From assembly GCF_009914755.1 (NCBI RefSeq), contig NC_060930.1: DNA of 64,000 nt; one strand, 5' to 3'. The notes under the pieces were generated by a model. The model was given only the letters and a program-made list of their open reading frames with translations. It made no database searches and had not been told where the DNA came from. Both the position numbers and the translations under genes were made by a program. Below are positions 46,103-63,361 of the stretch, in pieces; the first letter of the stretch is position 1; each line of letters starts with the position of its first letter. This stretch comes from the human T2T-CHM13v2.0 reference genome, Homo sapiens.

Positions 46103-48279
46103 GAATCAATATCATTAAGCATCTTTTACTCTCTCTGACTGGAAGTTACATTAATAGTTTTTTTTAAATATAAGAGAAGGCTAAATTATCAAAATCAAAT
46201 AAAAGTGTTAAAGACTCTCTTAGTTTAAGTTCTCTAGAAAGCAGAGCTTGAGACAAGGATGAAGATGGAGATATTTTATTTAGAAATTACAAGCCCAGTG
46301 ACATGAAAGTGAGGGAGAAAAGGGGGAAGTGGGGCAAAGAAAGATGTGAAGCAATGTAATATGAGGCATTACTGCACTAGCCACTGGTTCTTGAGAAGCC
46401 ATGAAGAAACACAGCTAGTCACATAGAAGGTATATTTGCTTAGCACACAGTACCTTTCTGGAAAGTTTTAAAAAAGAAGCACCACCTCTGATTAGAAGGG
46501 AGAAAAGAAGGGGGAATTTCTCTGCCCAGCTCCTTCCTGTTTCTCATTTCCCATTGCTCAAATTTCACACCATGGAGACCTAACTCATAATTATTGCATT
46601 ATTCATCCTTTGATGTCACTCAGAAAGCCAGATCCTATGTCCATAAGTGGAGGAATGACTTGTTGCAGACAGGCATGGCATGTGAGATGTGAGGTCCGTT
46701 CAATCTCAGGCCCCCAGCCAGTCTGGGAAGCCGAGTAGAGGCGGCAGTGCGCCTGTTTACTCCAGGGAGTTATCGCAAATAGGAGGAATTTTGAGAACAA
46801 GGGAGGCAGTTTGGCTCTGAGAAAGTACACAAGGTTTGTGTCTGATGTGAAATGAGAATAGAGCCATTGAAATTAAGGAAAAATTCCCAGTGGAAAGATT
46901 AATCAGATCCAGATGAAGATAGAATTGGGAACTGGAAAAGAAGTGATTTCTCTGTGCTACATTTTGGGTAAGGAAACATTAAAAAATGAGAGGCATGAGA
47001 GATAGAGTGAAAAGGTTCAATTTATATTCAGTACAAATTTCAGAAGGTGAGATTAGAGAGAATCAGCAAGAGACTACATCGGTAAAGAATATGAATCCTT
47101 AGATTCAGTTTCTATGTGAGAATTTTTTTAAGTCCAAGGGCAGGTTTTGTGCACATAGATTAAAAATCAAACCCAAATAACTAAAAATAAAGTTTTGTTT
47201 ACTAAAATTGTAAATGTAAACAGTTTTCCCTAAACCTCTAAATTTATCTTATAAATTGTATTATACTGTTTTAAACCCAGTAAGTTTTATATAAAATAAT
47301 TATTTTCAGGGAGCCTTATTAAATTGGACTGATTACTTAAGGGAGTTTGATTTTGATTAATGTTAAGTAAACCTGAATTGAACAGACTAGTTTTCTGTAA
47401 GCACTTTAACATTTATAAATTTAATATATTCCATTTTCTTTAAGAAATTAGAAGTCTAAACTCAACAAACTCATGACCTAACAAACGAATCCTTCCCTCA
47501 TTATTAAGCAGCTACAGTTCTTTTAACTATCCTAACACTCTTTATAAGTTAAGTCACTTCCTCTTATACCATCCAACCTCAAATCCAATGCACATTTAAT
47601 TTGGAATGACAGGTCAATTTGTCATTTACTTTAATATGCCACATTCAATTATATTTTACCAGCATTTTATATACCCACCACTCAGATTATCTTGACTGTA
47701 ACATAAACTAATGTCATGGGTTTGATGCACTTCATAATTTCTATATTCCTGGGGTTAAAAGACACTTAACCCACTAAAGTTCAGTGTTATTTTAGGTTAC
47801 TGAGACAATTCATGATGTGATTATCACCCAAGGCAAGTTGGATTTGCAACTGGACAGAGACATAGAGACATTTGGCACAGGGATACCAGACTTGGAAGTG
47901 CCTGTGTCAAGTGTGGCTTCATGCATCACAGATGGATGTACTGAGTCCAGTTTTAATAATCTCTAGATTGTTAAGGACCTTTCAGGTAGGGTTGGTACCT
48001 ACTGTTTCAGTTATACACCATCACACAATACTTTTTGTAATCTTTCAGTTTTATTACTTGATTTGAATCATCTGAATTCTACAATCTCCAACCAAATTTC
48101 AGCTGATTTTGTTCCCTAATGTCATCACTACTTGACTAAACTACGTATTTTTCGTGGCTACCAAGAGTCTGGTATTGGTAGACTCTGCTTCTCTCTTTTC
48201 TTTACCTAGCTCTATGGTCACAACACCCCTGAATGGTATAAATAAAAGTAGGTATACATTAGACACATTGAAATGGAAT

Positions 48280-48853
48280 CAGAAGCAATGGCTACCAAGA
48301 GGTGGAAGTGGCCTAGTCAAAGCAAAAGCAGACCAGTGAAGAGCAAAGATCGTGGCAAAAGTTTCTTGGAATGCTCAAGGCATTTTTCTTGTTTACTTTC
48401 TGGAGGGCTGAAGAATGATATCATCTGTTTATTATGAGTGTTTTGAGAAAGTTAGCCAAGCTTTATGAGAAAAATACTCAGGAAGACTGCTAGAGAGTCT
48501 TTCACTACGACAATGCTCCTGCTTATTCCTCTTAAACAAGGGCAATTTCATGAGATTTGATGGAAAATTAGGCATCCACCTTACAGTTCTGATTTGGCTC
48601 CTTCTGATTACTATTTGTTTCCTCATCTTATAAAATCTTTAAAGGGCACCCATTTTTCTTCACCTAATAATGTAAAAAAGGTTGCACTGATGTGTTAAAT
48701 TCCCAAGACCCTCAGTTCTTTATGGATGGACTAAATGGCTGGTATCATTGCTTTCAAAAGTGTCTTGAACTGATAGAGTTTATGTTGAGAAATAAAATGC
48801 TTTATTTTTATCTTTTAATTCCAGTTTCCATGAAATTTTGAGGTCACCTTGTA
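48280..48853 (+). mobile_element. HSMAR2 mariner transposon, 3' half (decayed transposase plus right TIR)
   Basis: KQWLPRGGSG.VKAKAD; HYDNAP (48503-48520); HPPYSSDLAPSDYYLFP (from 48573); ends in a TIR-like sequence plus TA; multiple stops and frameshifts. Confidence 0.9.
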
Positions 48854-49899
48854 TCTTTTAAGTGCTGAGAGAAGGTAAGAATGAACCTACAATTTTATGC
48901 CTAGTCAAACTATCATTCAGGACTGAGAAAAAAGTCATTTTCACAAAGACAAAGACTAAATTCCCTAACAGACTGTTTCTGGAAAAAAAAAAGTTAAACT
49001 ACATAAATTCCACTCTATGAAAACACTTGCTATTTGCTATCTAAAATGCAGGAACGAAATAGACTTGCATAACATGATATACTTTACAGTCTCAGTATCC
49101 AAATTCATTATCCAAACCTAGGAACCAGAAAGTTCAGATGGTGAGGAAAACATAACTAAAGGAAGAAAAATTAAACCCCCCCAAAAAAGAAGTGAGATTC
49201 TCAAGAAGGAAAGGTGAGCAAGGAAACTGATTAACATATGGGTAAAACTAAATGACCATTGTTTGAAATAATACAAATAATCATTGTTTTAGGAGGTATA
49301 CAAAATAGTGGAAATAAAATATGTACTGATTAATATATGAAGTAGAATTGGTAATTGAAATGAAAAGTTCAAGGTTTTGGCAATCGGCAGGAGGAGATTA
49401 GAAATATACTAATCGTAGCAGGCACTGTTGATACCGGTTTCCCCAGTATCCTTTCTGCCCACCCAAGTTCATTTGCAACTGTGGTAGACAGTTTTCAACA
49501 GGCTGACAGCTCCTGCTGAAGCACATGTCTCTCTCCCATGCCCAATGTCCTTCTCCTGAACCACAGAAAAGTGCTCTGCCTTAAGCACCTGTAACCTGGA
49601 AGTTTAGGGAAGTTAACACCCATGGATAACGTTCAACCAATAGAGGAGTCAGATAAATGTCCTGACCTCCTTATCCCCTGGCGGGAAAATTGTCAGACAC
49701 ATTCCATTTGCTTATTCAGAGGGTTTGAGCATGTTATCCACAACAGTTACCTGCCCATGAGGGCTTCCCGTATTGGCTTCTCTCTCTTCCCCATCTCACT
49801 GTCCCATTCATTCACTTGTGCTTCCTGATTTTACTTCCAAATGCCTGTACTCAAGTTCTTGTCTCAAGGGCAGCTTCTAGAAGAATCTGAATAAGACAC

Positions 49900-51230
49900 C
49901 GATTACCTTTAGAATTTAACTAAAGCATGCTTGCTACAATTTTAAGAGTAATCACTAAAACGATACAGACAGGATGTGAAAATTCCAGGTATAAGGGAAA
50001 AAAGGAAATGAAAAACCTTAAGTCAATAAAGATAAAAGGGGTGGAAGGGGAAGAGAAAGTTAAGAAAATCTGAGTAAATATTGTATTTCTTAGAATCTAA
50101 GAAATCTAGGATGACATCAGTTGTAAAATGTACTTAAATTTTACATGCTACTAAGTTAAAAAAAGCTGCTAACTACAACATGAATTGTAAGAAACACTTT
50201 AATTTCAAAGATATTGCAACATGGGGAAAATGTATATCTTTTGGCAGCACCAGAAAGATTCTAGAAATATAAAAGTATTCAATAATCATTATATAAAGGG
50301 GCTAAGTCATTTGAAAGGTCAGATTGTCCAACTGGATTATATTTTTAAGATTAGCTCTATGCCATCATTAAGAGATACTTCAAACATGAAAGAACACAAA
50401 GGTCACACATAGAAGAATGGAAAAAAGATAATATCAGGCAAATATTAACTAAAAAGCTGGTGTAGGTATCTCAAAATACCTCTAGAAATGCTTTTTTGCT
50501 TTAAGGAGAGCTTCTCCATGGTTGTAAAATTTCAATTCGTAAGGAAGATGTGACATTTCTAAATATTATGTACCTAAAACAGCCTAAAAACATAGAAAGC
50601 AAAAAGAAGTACAAGGAAACATAGAAACAGCCTAAGAACATAGAAAACAAAGAGAAGTGCAAGGAAAAGGTCAACTCCAGGTAACTCCAAAACAATCTAG
50701 TATTGACAGATCAAATAAATAAAAAATTAATAAATGTTTAGCAGATGTTAACATAATGACTATTATATAATGAACATGTAATAAACCCTATATCACAAAT
50801 TAAAAATATATATACTCTTACACATGGAACATTTATGAAAATTAGCCACATATTAAGACATAAAACCAACCTTACAAATACTGAAAGAATCAATATCATA
50901 CAGATTGTATTATCTGACCACAGTATAATTAACTTAGAAAGCAGTAACAAAAACATAAAAATACATTTGGAAATTTTCAAACATGTAGTTTTTGGGTCAA
51001 AGACAATATTGTAAGAGATATAAAGAAACATTTCAACTGAATAATAATGAAAATCTATGTATCAAAACTCATGCGGTACAGCTAAAGCTACCTTTACAGA
51101 AATTTACAGCCTCATATACTCAAAGAAGTCTGAAAATTTATGAGTTAATCATCTAACTCAAGAAATTAGAAAAAGAACAGGGTCCAAAGTAACTAAATGG
51201 AGGACAATAAAGATAAGATCAGCAATTAAT
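49900..51230 (+). mobile_element. Old L1M ORF2 (endonuclease-proximal) remnant
   Basis: A-rich L1-like text (CACATGGAACATT..., TCTGACCACAGT..., CAACTCAAGAAATTAGAAAAAGAAC). Confidence 0.65.
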
Positions 51231-51592
51231 TGTAATATCTTGCATTGGACTCAGTTTTTTTTTACTCTCCTACAATAGGATTATACATCCACATCCTCTA
51301 CGTACAATGGAAAGATACTGTAAAGTTACTGGGCAGATATAGTTCCCTGCCCCCCTGAAAAAGGGCTTCACTATCAAGGCCAAGGCTTCCCACTTGGCCT
51401 CTGCTGGCCTCAGGACCACCAAAACTCAGCATTTAAACAACAAGCATTGATTTCTTACTGCAGGGTGTATGAGTCAGCTGGGATAGGCTAAAATCTGGGC
51501 TTCAGCCTCCAAGTTGCAGGTTGTGTTCAGGTCCTTAAACCTGGAGCACGTTCTTCCCTTAGTGAATGGCAGGCAAGCAACAGATTAAACTA

Positions 51593-51893
<301 letters not shown>

Positions 51894-52689
51894 GATTAAA
51901 CAAAACTGCGCTAACATATTCAAGTCTCCTGCTCCTATCAAATTTACCCACATTCCATTGGCTAAAGCAGAGTTTTGGTCGTCCCCAGGCCAGCAGAGGC
52001 CAAGTGGGGAGACTTGGCCAGACTGTAAGGAAGCACCAAAATCTCCTGTCCTCCAAAAACTGGTATCAAAGAAGGCCAAGTGAGAATATTCATCCTTCCT
52101 GGCAGTACCAGGCACACTGCACCCACGTGGGAGCCTCGATTTCCATGGCCCCTTGGCAGTAATAAGACATCTCTCCCCTCCTGCTGGAGGGTGGGTGTCA
52201 GGAAGCCTGTGGAGAGGGCTGGGCCTTTCGCCACCAGCCAGCCATAATGAGGCTACCCTCTACCCCTATGGTGTCAGTGGAGGCTATTTGGAGAACACTC
52301 ATGAGACACTCCTACCCCTCCCCTCAACCAGGGAGGCCTAGATGGGGGCTGGAACTTGCACCCCTGCCCAGCAGTAACAAGGAGTTCTCTCTCTCAGGTG
52401 TTAATAAAGGCCAAGTGGGAAACCTGGACTTCCAGCCCCACCTGGCAGTGGAACCCCCCTTCCCCTATCAGTGCAGTGTCAGAGGAAGCCAGTTAGAACA
52501 GAAAATTTATGTAAGATCAGACTCTCATGACATAATACCCCAAATTTCCAGGGTTCAATCACAAATCACTCATCATACCAACCACCAAGATCTCAAACTG
52601 AGTGAAAAGAGGTAATAAATGCTCATATCAATATGACAGAGATGTTAGAATGATCTGACAAATAGTTTAAGATAGTCATCATAAAAATC

Positions 52690-53545
52690 AATGAAAAACA
52701 ACCAGATTTTTAAAAATAGGCAAAAGATTTGAATAGACATTTCTCCAAAGAAGATATACAAATGGCCAGTAAGCACCTAAAGAGATGATCGGCATCACTA
52801 AACATTAGGGAAATGAAAATTAAAACCACAATGAGATAATACCTTACACCCATTAGGATGGCTACTGTCAAAAAAAAAAAAAAAAACAAAAAATAACAGC
52901 GTTGGTGAGGATGTGGAGAAATTGGGATCTTTACGCGCTGTTGGTGGGAATATAAATGGTACTACTACTGTGAAAGCCAGTAGGGTGGGTCCTCAAAAAA
53001 TTGAAGATATAATTACCATATGATGTAGCAATTCCACTTTCACCCAAAAACTGAAAGCAGGATCTAAGAGAGATATCTGTATGCCCATATTCATAGCAGC
53101 ATTATTCACAATAACTAAAATGTGGATGCAACCCAAATGTCCATCAACAGATGAACAAGCAAAATGTGGTATATCATAAAATGGAATATTATTCTGCCTC
53201 CAAAGAGAAGGAAATTCTAACACATGCTACAATGTGGATGAACCTTGAGGACATTTTGCTACAGTCACAAAAATATCAAATTCTATATGATTCCACGTAT
53301 GAGGTAGAATAGTCAAAACTAGGGAGACAGAAAGTAGAATGGTGGTTGCCAAGGGCTGGGAGGAGAGAGGAGAGAGGATGGGACATTATTGTTTAATAGG
53401 GATAGACAGTTTGAGTTTGAAAAGAGATGGATAGTGATGAGTTGTGTAACAATATGGATGTACTTAATACCACTGAACTATACACTTAATGATTAAGATG
53501 AGAAATTTTACATTATGGGTATTTTAGTACAATAAAAAAATAGAA
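52690..53545 (+). mobile_element. L1MB-like 3' end
   Basis: GACATTTCTCCAAAGAAGATATACAAATGGCC through to the 3'UTR. Confidence 0.85.
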
Positions 53546-53547
53546 AA

Positions 53548-55370
<1,823 letters not shown>

Positions 55371-56382
55371 TGCGGAAAAAATCTTTAATCCCAATATCCG
55401 TGATTTCTCCACTCATAAATAGCCAGCCTTCCCTTTTAGAGATAGGGGTATAAAACCTTTCCAATTGGCCATGGGAAGTCCATTCTTCTAATCAAGTTAT
55501 CTGCTCTTCACAAAATTTCACAGAATCCCTATACAAATGATGCAGGTCCAAAATTCTTTAAGGCATTTTCTGCTATCTACACATTGCTTCTACTGGCTGT
55601 TGCTACTCTTATCACACTCGTTTTGGCCAAGTCTGGCCACTGCATCTTTCCTTCTTACAATTAGACTTAGGCTATGGTGTATCTTCCTGAAAGCTTTAGA
55701 GTAATAGAAGATGGTCACAAAGCAGAAAGGAAAAAAATTGATATTGGATACTGTATATCATTGCTTCTAGAATCTGAAGTCTGTGTGCATTCACAAGAGG
55801 TCTCCTCTAGGTTCTAGCCAAACCATCCCCTTCTCAGTCCTGAGAGCCCCTACCTTCCTTCTATCCCCTTTTTTTCTCCCCTCAAATAGATGCATTTTTT
55901 ATTAACAGCTCAGGTTTTGATCCTAAGCCTTCATATATTTGCTTGCATGGCTGACCTACCCAATACGTAGACAACCCAATACAACTACTCTAAAAGAATA
56001 GCATTCAGTGTTGGTTCATCCCCTTCTCTTCCTTTTATGCCCTTGGATGATTGACAGCAGTATCCACTCTATATCATTTGGTCATGGCTCTCCTTCAGAC
56101 AAAGCAATCAAAATAGATAAAACTTCATAATCTAAAGTTTCTTTGTTTTCTAGAATGACACTTGGTGCTTATATCTGGGAATGAGTTTTGGCTTTAATCT
56201 GTGATTATCTTTTAGGATTCTGCTACCAGCATTAGATAAAAACAGGCCAGAAGGTTCTTTATGTGACTGTCCTCTGTATACATATTCCAAGAATTAATGG
56301 CAGGGAATCAGAAGCAAACTGGCTAAGAACAAACAATTCAGAGGCAGATAAAATTACTCATAAACATCTATTTAAATCACAC

Positions 56383-58361
56383 TGATATGGTTTGGCTCTG
56401 TGTCTCCACCCAAATCCCATCTTGAATTATACTCCCATAATTCCCACATGTTGTGGGAGGGACCTGGTGGGAGATGATTTGAATCATGGAGGCAGTTTTC
56501 CCCATACTCTTCTCATGGTAGTCACTAAGTCTCATGAGATCTGATGGTTTTATCAAGGGTTTCCGCTTTTGCATGTTCCTCATTTTCTCTTGCTGCTGCC
56601 ATGTAAGAAGTGCCTTTCACCTCCTGCCATGATTCTGAGGCTTCCCCAGCCATGTGGAACTGTAACTCCAATTAAACCTCTTTTCCTTCCCCGTCTCGAG
56701 TACGTCTTTATCAGCAGCATGAAATGGGCTAATACTGGACATTGGTACCAGTAGAGGGGCGCTGCTGAAAAGATACCTGAAAATGTGGAAGCAACTTTGG
56801 AACTGGGCAACAGGCAGAAGTTGGAACAGTTTGGAGGGCTCAGAAGAAGACAGGAAAATATGGGAAAGTTTGGAACTTAGAGACTTGTTGAATGGCTTTG
56901 ACCAAAATCCTGATAGTGATATGGACAATGATGTCCAGGCTGAGGTGGTCTCAGATGGAGATGAGGAACTTGTTGGGAACTGGAGCAAAGGTGACTCTTG
57001 TTATGTTTTAGTAAAGAGACTGGCGGCATTTTGCCCCTGCCCTACAGATTTGTGGAATGTTGAGCTTGAGAGAGATGATTTAGGGTATCTGGTAGAAGAA
57101 ATTTCTAAGCAGCAAAACATTCAAAAGGTGATTTGGGTGCTGTTAAAGGCATTCAGTTTTAAAAGGGAAATGGCATCAAAATTTGGAAAGTTTTCAGCCT
57201 GACAGTTTGAAAGAAAACAAAATCTCATTTTCTGAGGAGAAATTCAAGCTAGCTTCAGATATTTGCACAAGTAATGAGGAGCCTAATGTTAATCCCCAAG
57301 ACAATGGGGAAACTATCTCCAGGGCATGTCAGAGACCTTTGCTGCAGACTCTCCCATTCACAGACCTGGAGGTCTAGGAGGAAAGATGGTATTGTGGGCA
57401 GGTCCAGGGTTCTCGTGTTATGTGCAGTCTAGGGACTTGGTGCCCTGTATCCCAGCCACTCCAGCTGTGGCTGAAAGGGGCCAATGTAGAGCTTGGGCCA
57501 TGACTTCAGAGGGTGCAATCCCCAAGCCTTGGCGGCTTCCATGTGATGTTGAGCCTGCAGGTGCACAGAAATGAGGAATTGGAGTTTGGGAACCTCCTCC
57601 TAGATTTCAGAAGTTGTATGGAAACACCTGGGTGCCCAGGCAGAAGTTTGCTGCAGGGCCAGGGATCTCACGGAGAACCTCTGCTAGGGGAGTGCAGAAA
57701 GGAAATGTGGGATTGGAGCTCCCACATGGAGTCCCTACTGGGGCACTGCCTAGTGGAGCTGTGAGAAGAGGGCCACCATCCTCCAGACCCCAGAATGGTA
57801 GATCCACCTACAGCTTGCACCGTGCACCTGGAAAAGCCACAGACACTCAACACCAGCCCATGAAAGCAGCAAGGAGGGAGGCTATACTGTGCAAAGCCAC
57901 AGGGGCATAGCTGCCTAAGACCATGGGAACCCACCCTCCTGCATCAGTGTGATCTGAATGTGAGACCTGGAGTCAAAGGAGATCATTTTGGAGCTCTAAA
58001 ATTTGACTGCCCTGCTGGATTTCAGACTTTCATGGGCCCTGTAACCCCTTTGTTTTGGCCAATTTCTCCCATTTGGAACAGCTGTATTTACCCAATACCT
58101 GTACCCCCATTGTGTCTAGGAAGTAACTAGCTTGCTTTTGATTTTACAGGCTTATAGGCAGAAGGGACTTGCCTTGTCTCAGATGAGACTTTGGACTACG
58201 GACTTTTGGGTTAATGCTGAAATGAGTTAAGACTTTGGGGAACAGTTGGGAAATCATGATTGGTTTTGAAATGTGAGGACATGAAATTTGGAGGGGCCAG
58301 GGGCAGAATGATATGGTTTGGCTGTGTCCCCACCCAAATCTCAACTTGAATTGTATTCCCA
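56383..58361 (+). mobile_element. THE1 MaLR element: 5' LTR 56383-56736, internal ~56737-58308, truncated 3' LTR 58309-~58361
   Basis: Both LTRs start TGATATGGTTTGGCT; polypurine tract GAGGGGCCAGGGGCAGAA precedes the 3' LTR; internal ORF remnants 56783..57202. Confidence 0.93.
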
Positions 58362-61300
58362 CCTGCTCACATTTAGACATACCTATGTCATGAAAGGTGA
58401 GAAAATTAGTGAGCTGCTACTTCTTTCCACTTTCCTTCTCCCCTTCCCCCATCTGACTCACTGTATTAAACTTTAACGAAGTGAAAAGGATATTTTTGTT
58501 GTTGTGGTACCCTTCTACTAAAATGACTACTGTGCTTTTCTACAGATTAATTCTGTAAGAAACAAAAACTATTTATGATTATGATTATTTGGCTTTTATT
58601 TGTAGTGAATTCCAAGTGGGGTGATTGAACCCTTAGTGGAAGGAAGTGTGATGCTTTATAGCCTGTGCCACCTGAAGGGCACTGCACCAGGCATTGAGGT
58701 TACATAGGCTTTCTTTCATAATTTTCCAGCTTCCTTTGCTGTTCTAGGGTGAACTCAGTGCCTGTGATTTCTCAGGTTTCCCTCTCTCTTCTTTTGGGAT
58801 GTGTTTCTTTTGGGAAGAAGTATATCCTTCATTTTTAACACACAAGGTTAGTTGGTTGTAAACTTTCTGAATCTTTGTAAATCAGAAGACATCTGTGGCT
58901 GCTGTGAGAATGTGTCCCTCAGAAGTTCCACTGCAGGGAGTATAATTGACCCACAGACTCTGGTGCTGCCTCTGAAATCCATCAGCATGTCCACACTGGG
59001 GCTTCTGAGAGGCTACTCCCAGCCAAAGACTGAGCAGGGAGACAATACTCCCCGGGGGCTTGAGGACTCCCTGCAGACTTTTCTAACTCTAAGACTGCAG
59101 TGCAGTCTAAATATGCCCACCCGCCCTGTCTTCCTTCACTCTCTCCTTTATAGGGGGTCAGATCATTATTGCTGACTGACAGCTTGCTGAGCCTATCCTG
59201 GCCTCGTATCTTTACAGGTGTTTGCTCTAATAAATTTCTTGCACACATAACCCTGTCTTGTAATGTTTCTCAAAGGACCTACCCTACCACATCATCTTTA
59301 TACTTCCTTATACTTGATTTGATATTTTTGTCCCAGGGATTCTATAGCCATTTCTCTCAGATTTTTGAGGGCATTTTTCCACTGTCATTTAGCTTCCAGA
59401 ATTGGATGAGGTCTTATGTCTTTTTGATTCTTGTTCCTTTGTGGAAAAAATTTTGCATCTCTGAAAGCTTTTAAAATTCTCTTTATCTTTGAGGTACAGA
59501 AATGTCACCAGTATATATCTAAGTGCATGTCATCTTAGAAGTTCAATACTTGATGAGCTCTTTTGAAGATGTATTCTTAGTGATTATCTTAATATTTCCA
59601 TTCCTCTTGTTCCACTCTGTTTTTCCATTCTGTTCCTCTTTGACTTCTATTAAAACTGCCTCAGTTTTAAACTCCTTCATGTTTAAAACCCCAGAACTAC
59701 ATATTTTGGAGAAAGAGTTGCATTTTGTTTTTTGTGGTAGTTAGTGGTAGAAATATGAGCAGGCCAGAGCAGGTTGTAGAACCAGAGCAGGATTTCCTGG
59801 GAGGAGAAGCCCCAGGAGAGCCACAGGAAAGCAGATCCAGGCCAGGTGCATGTGGCTGTGGATTCTCGCCAGGTGAGGCTCTGTGCTTAGAAAAGTGCTG
59901 ATGCCCTTTGTGGTCGTGGGTCATTTGTTTCGGTACAAATTGTCTTTATTCTCTGGATTTACAATGATGAGAATATGCAATTGTGTAATGGGGAAAATTC
60001 ACTGTATTCAAAAGTCACCCTGGCTGCCCCTTTTCCAGGACCCAGTGAGCCCGGAGTCTGGAGCAGAGCAGGCCACCTGTGATGACAAAGGAGAGGTGCG
60101 TACCCAGAAGAGTCAGCTCAGAAAAGGCAGGCCTCAGAGAGAATGTGCCAGTCAACCCCTGTTTATTGGGATGCTAGAGGCAAAGCTAGTATGTATATGT
60201 GGCCCAGGGTTATTTTAGCACTAAATTTGCACGTATCACTAAGAACTGTGAAAACAGTTCTTGGGGGCTCAAGTGGGATCTCCTGAGCCCCATTCTCACT
60301 GATAGCCTCTCATTCCACTCACAGGAGGGGAAAGGAGCACTGGACCAGGAGCTATGAAATGAGTTTTAATCCTGGAGCTTAGGCAACTCGTTTCCCTTCA
60401 AGGCTCTTAGACCTCTCATTTGTCTGCCCAAGGGGTGGATCTGATGCTTCCCTCTTCCTGTGAAGTGCAGGATTTCCCAGGGCTGCTTTCTTCCTGTCCC
60501 CACTGGAGTGTCTTGGTCCTGGCCCTCTTCTGTCACCTCCATTGCACTAACAGCCTCCCTGCCAAACATCCAATGTCATCCCCCTCCACAACTCATGGTG
60601 GCATACATGCTTCCCCAATCACGCCTTTCTCCATGTCACAACCCTACTCAGAATCACTTTGCCACAGAACCATGATTTCTGGAAAGATACTTGCAGTGAA
60701 TGGTCTGACAGAAAAATAGACATCTGAAATAGACAGAACTTGGGAAAACACAGGGTACTGCCTAAAGGATGAGGTCCAGACCCTTAAGCCTGTCCACCAG
60801 TGTCCTTTGAAATCCTTGACCCCAACAACTTAGTCTTCCTAGCATCATCAGAACCATCAGTTCCAGCCACACTGGCCTGCCCATTATTTACCAAACATTC
60901 CAGACCCATCTGTACCTAAGGCTCCGGCTCGAAGCATTTCCTTAGTTGTAAAATCCCTCCTGCAACTGGCAGCCAACCCCCAGCCCAGCTTAAACCCAAT
61001 TCCAGTTTTGAGCCCCTTATAAGGGTAAGGCCCTGTGGGGTAAGCAGAAGTGAACATGACCACTAGTGAACTAGCTGTGAGTCTAGTGTGAGTGACAGGC
61101 AAGGGCACTGTAATGACTGGCACAACAATAGAGGAAGAGAGTCTATGTAGACAGAGGAGACAGCAATGAATTCTGATTGGTAGAGGAACTGGGGCAGGGA
61201 GGAGATGGTCTAGAAAACCTCAAAGGCGATAGCATTTGAGCTGACATGTTGAAGCCTTCACAGTGAAATCCAGGCATAGGGATTAAGTTTGGCCTGTGGC

Positions 61301-62249
61301 CAAGAATGTACACAGTATTTTGGGGAGGGTTATGTTCCCCATACATAGTGGAGCACTGGTGTAGAGCAGGAGACAAGTTGGAGGACTGAGGAGTCAGACT
61401 GCAGTGGGTCTTACTTAAATGCCCTGCCATAAATGTGGACTTTCTCCAGAATAATCCTCTGAAGTCTATGAACAGGGAAACACTATGAACACCAGATCTG
61501 AGTTTGATAAGGTGGAAGGCAAATTAAAAGTGAGGAGGCTAGGAGCCTGTTCCCATTAGAGATGAACCAGTCTTTCTGTTTCCAAGGCCAGGACTAGGCA
61601 GCCCATTGAGGGCAGGATGAGTAGTTGGTGATCTGTGCAGGTTTTTGGCCACAGGGAGTCTGGGATACTGAGAATCCAGGTGGCAAATGTGGGACTCTGC
61701 CCAGAGAAGGAAAGCAGAGCTCCATCTCTGCTCCTCTGACAGAAAAAGAGAATGGAAGTCATTCTGATGTGAAGGAAAGGAAGTTCTCTCATTTTCTAAT
61801 AAAGGAAAAGCTGTTTGTAGGATGTGAAGGGGTCAGGAATGGGGAAAGCAAAAGAAATACTGTGGGACCTGGTCAAGGAAACTACCCCGTAAAGGCTGAG
61901 TGGAGGACCCAGCAGCCCCAAGACCCTCTTGGGATGGAAAGTATGGATATGCAGGGTAAGCACGCTCCCCGGCTCCCTGGGCCATCTTAGTGACAGCCAG
62001 GCACATGGAGACAGTCAAAGGGCTCCTTCTGACATGCTTCCTTCACCTCCAGGACGTTGGTTCATCGAGGTTTCCTTCTATTCTTTTGGTGACTTTGTCA
62101 ACATCCTTGCTGGTTTTCCTACCCCTCTGGACTCTAAACATCAAGATGTCCCCAGGGCTCCATTCTTATACCTCTTATTTATGCCCACTCCTTAGAAAAT
62201 CTCATGTGGCACTGTGGCTTCAGACATTATTGGTAATCTGATGACGCCA

Positions 62250-62569
<320 letters not shown>

Positions 62570-62746
62570 TAAACTGCCTACTTAATAGCTTACTTGACTG
62601 TCTAAGAGACATCTCAAATGTGTCTAGGAAACAACTTCTAATTTCCTTGTCACTCTGCCAACCTACTCCTTTAATCCCCCATCTCTTAAGATGGCAACAC
62701 TCTTCACTTTGGAGTCACTCTGGATTTGTCTCATGATTCCCTGTAA

Positions 62747-63361
<615 letters not shown>

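Noticed and set aside
56783-57934. Several 64-139 aa ORFs
   Set aside because: Fragments of decayed THE1 internal sequence.
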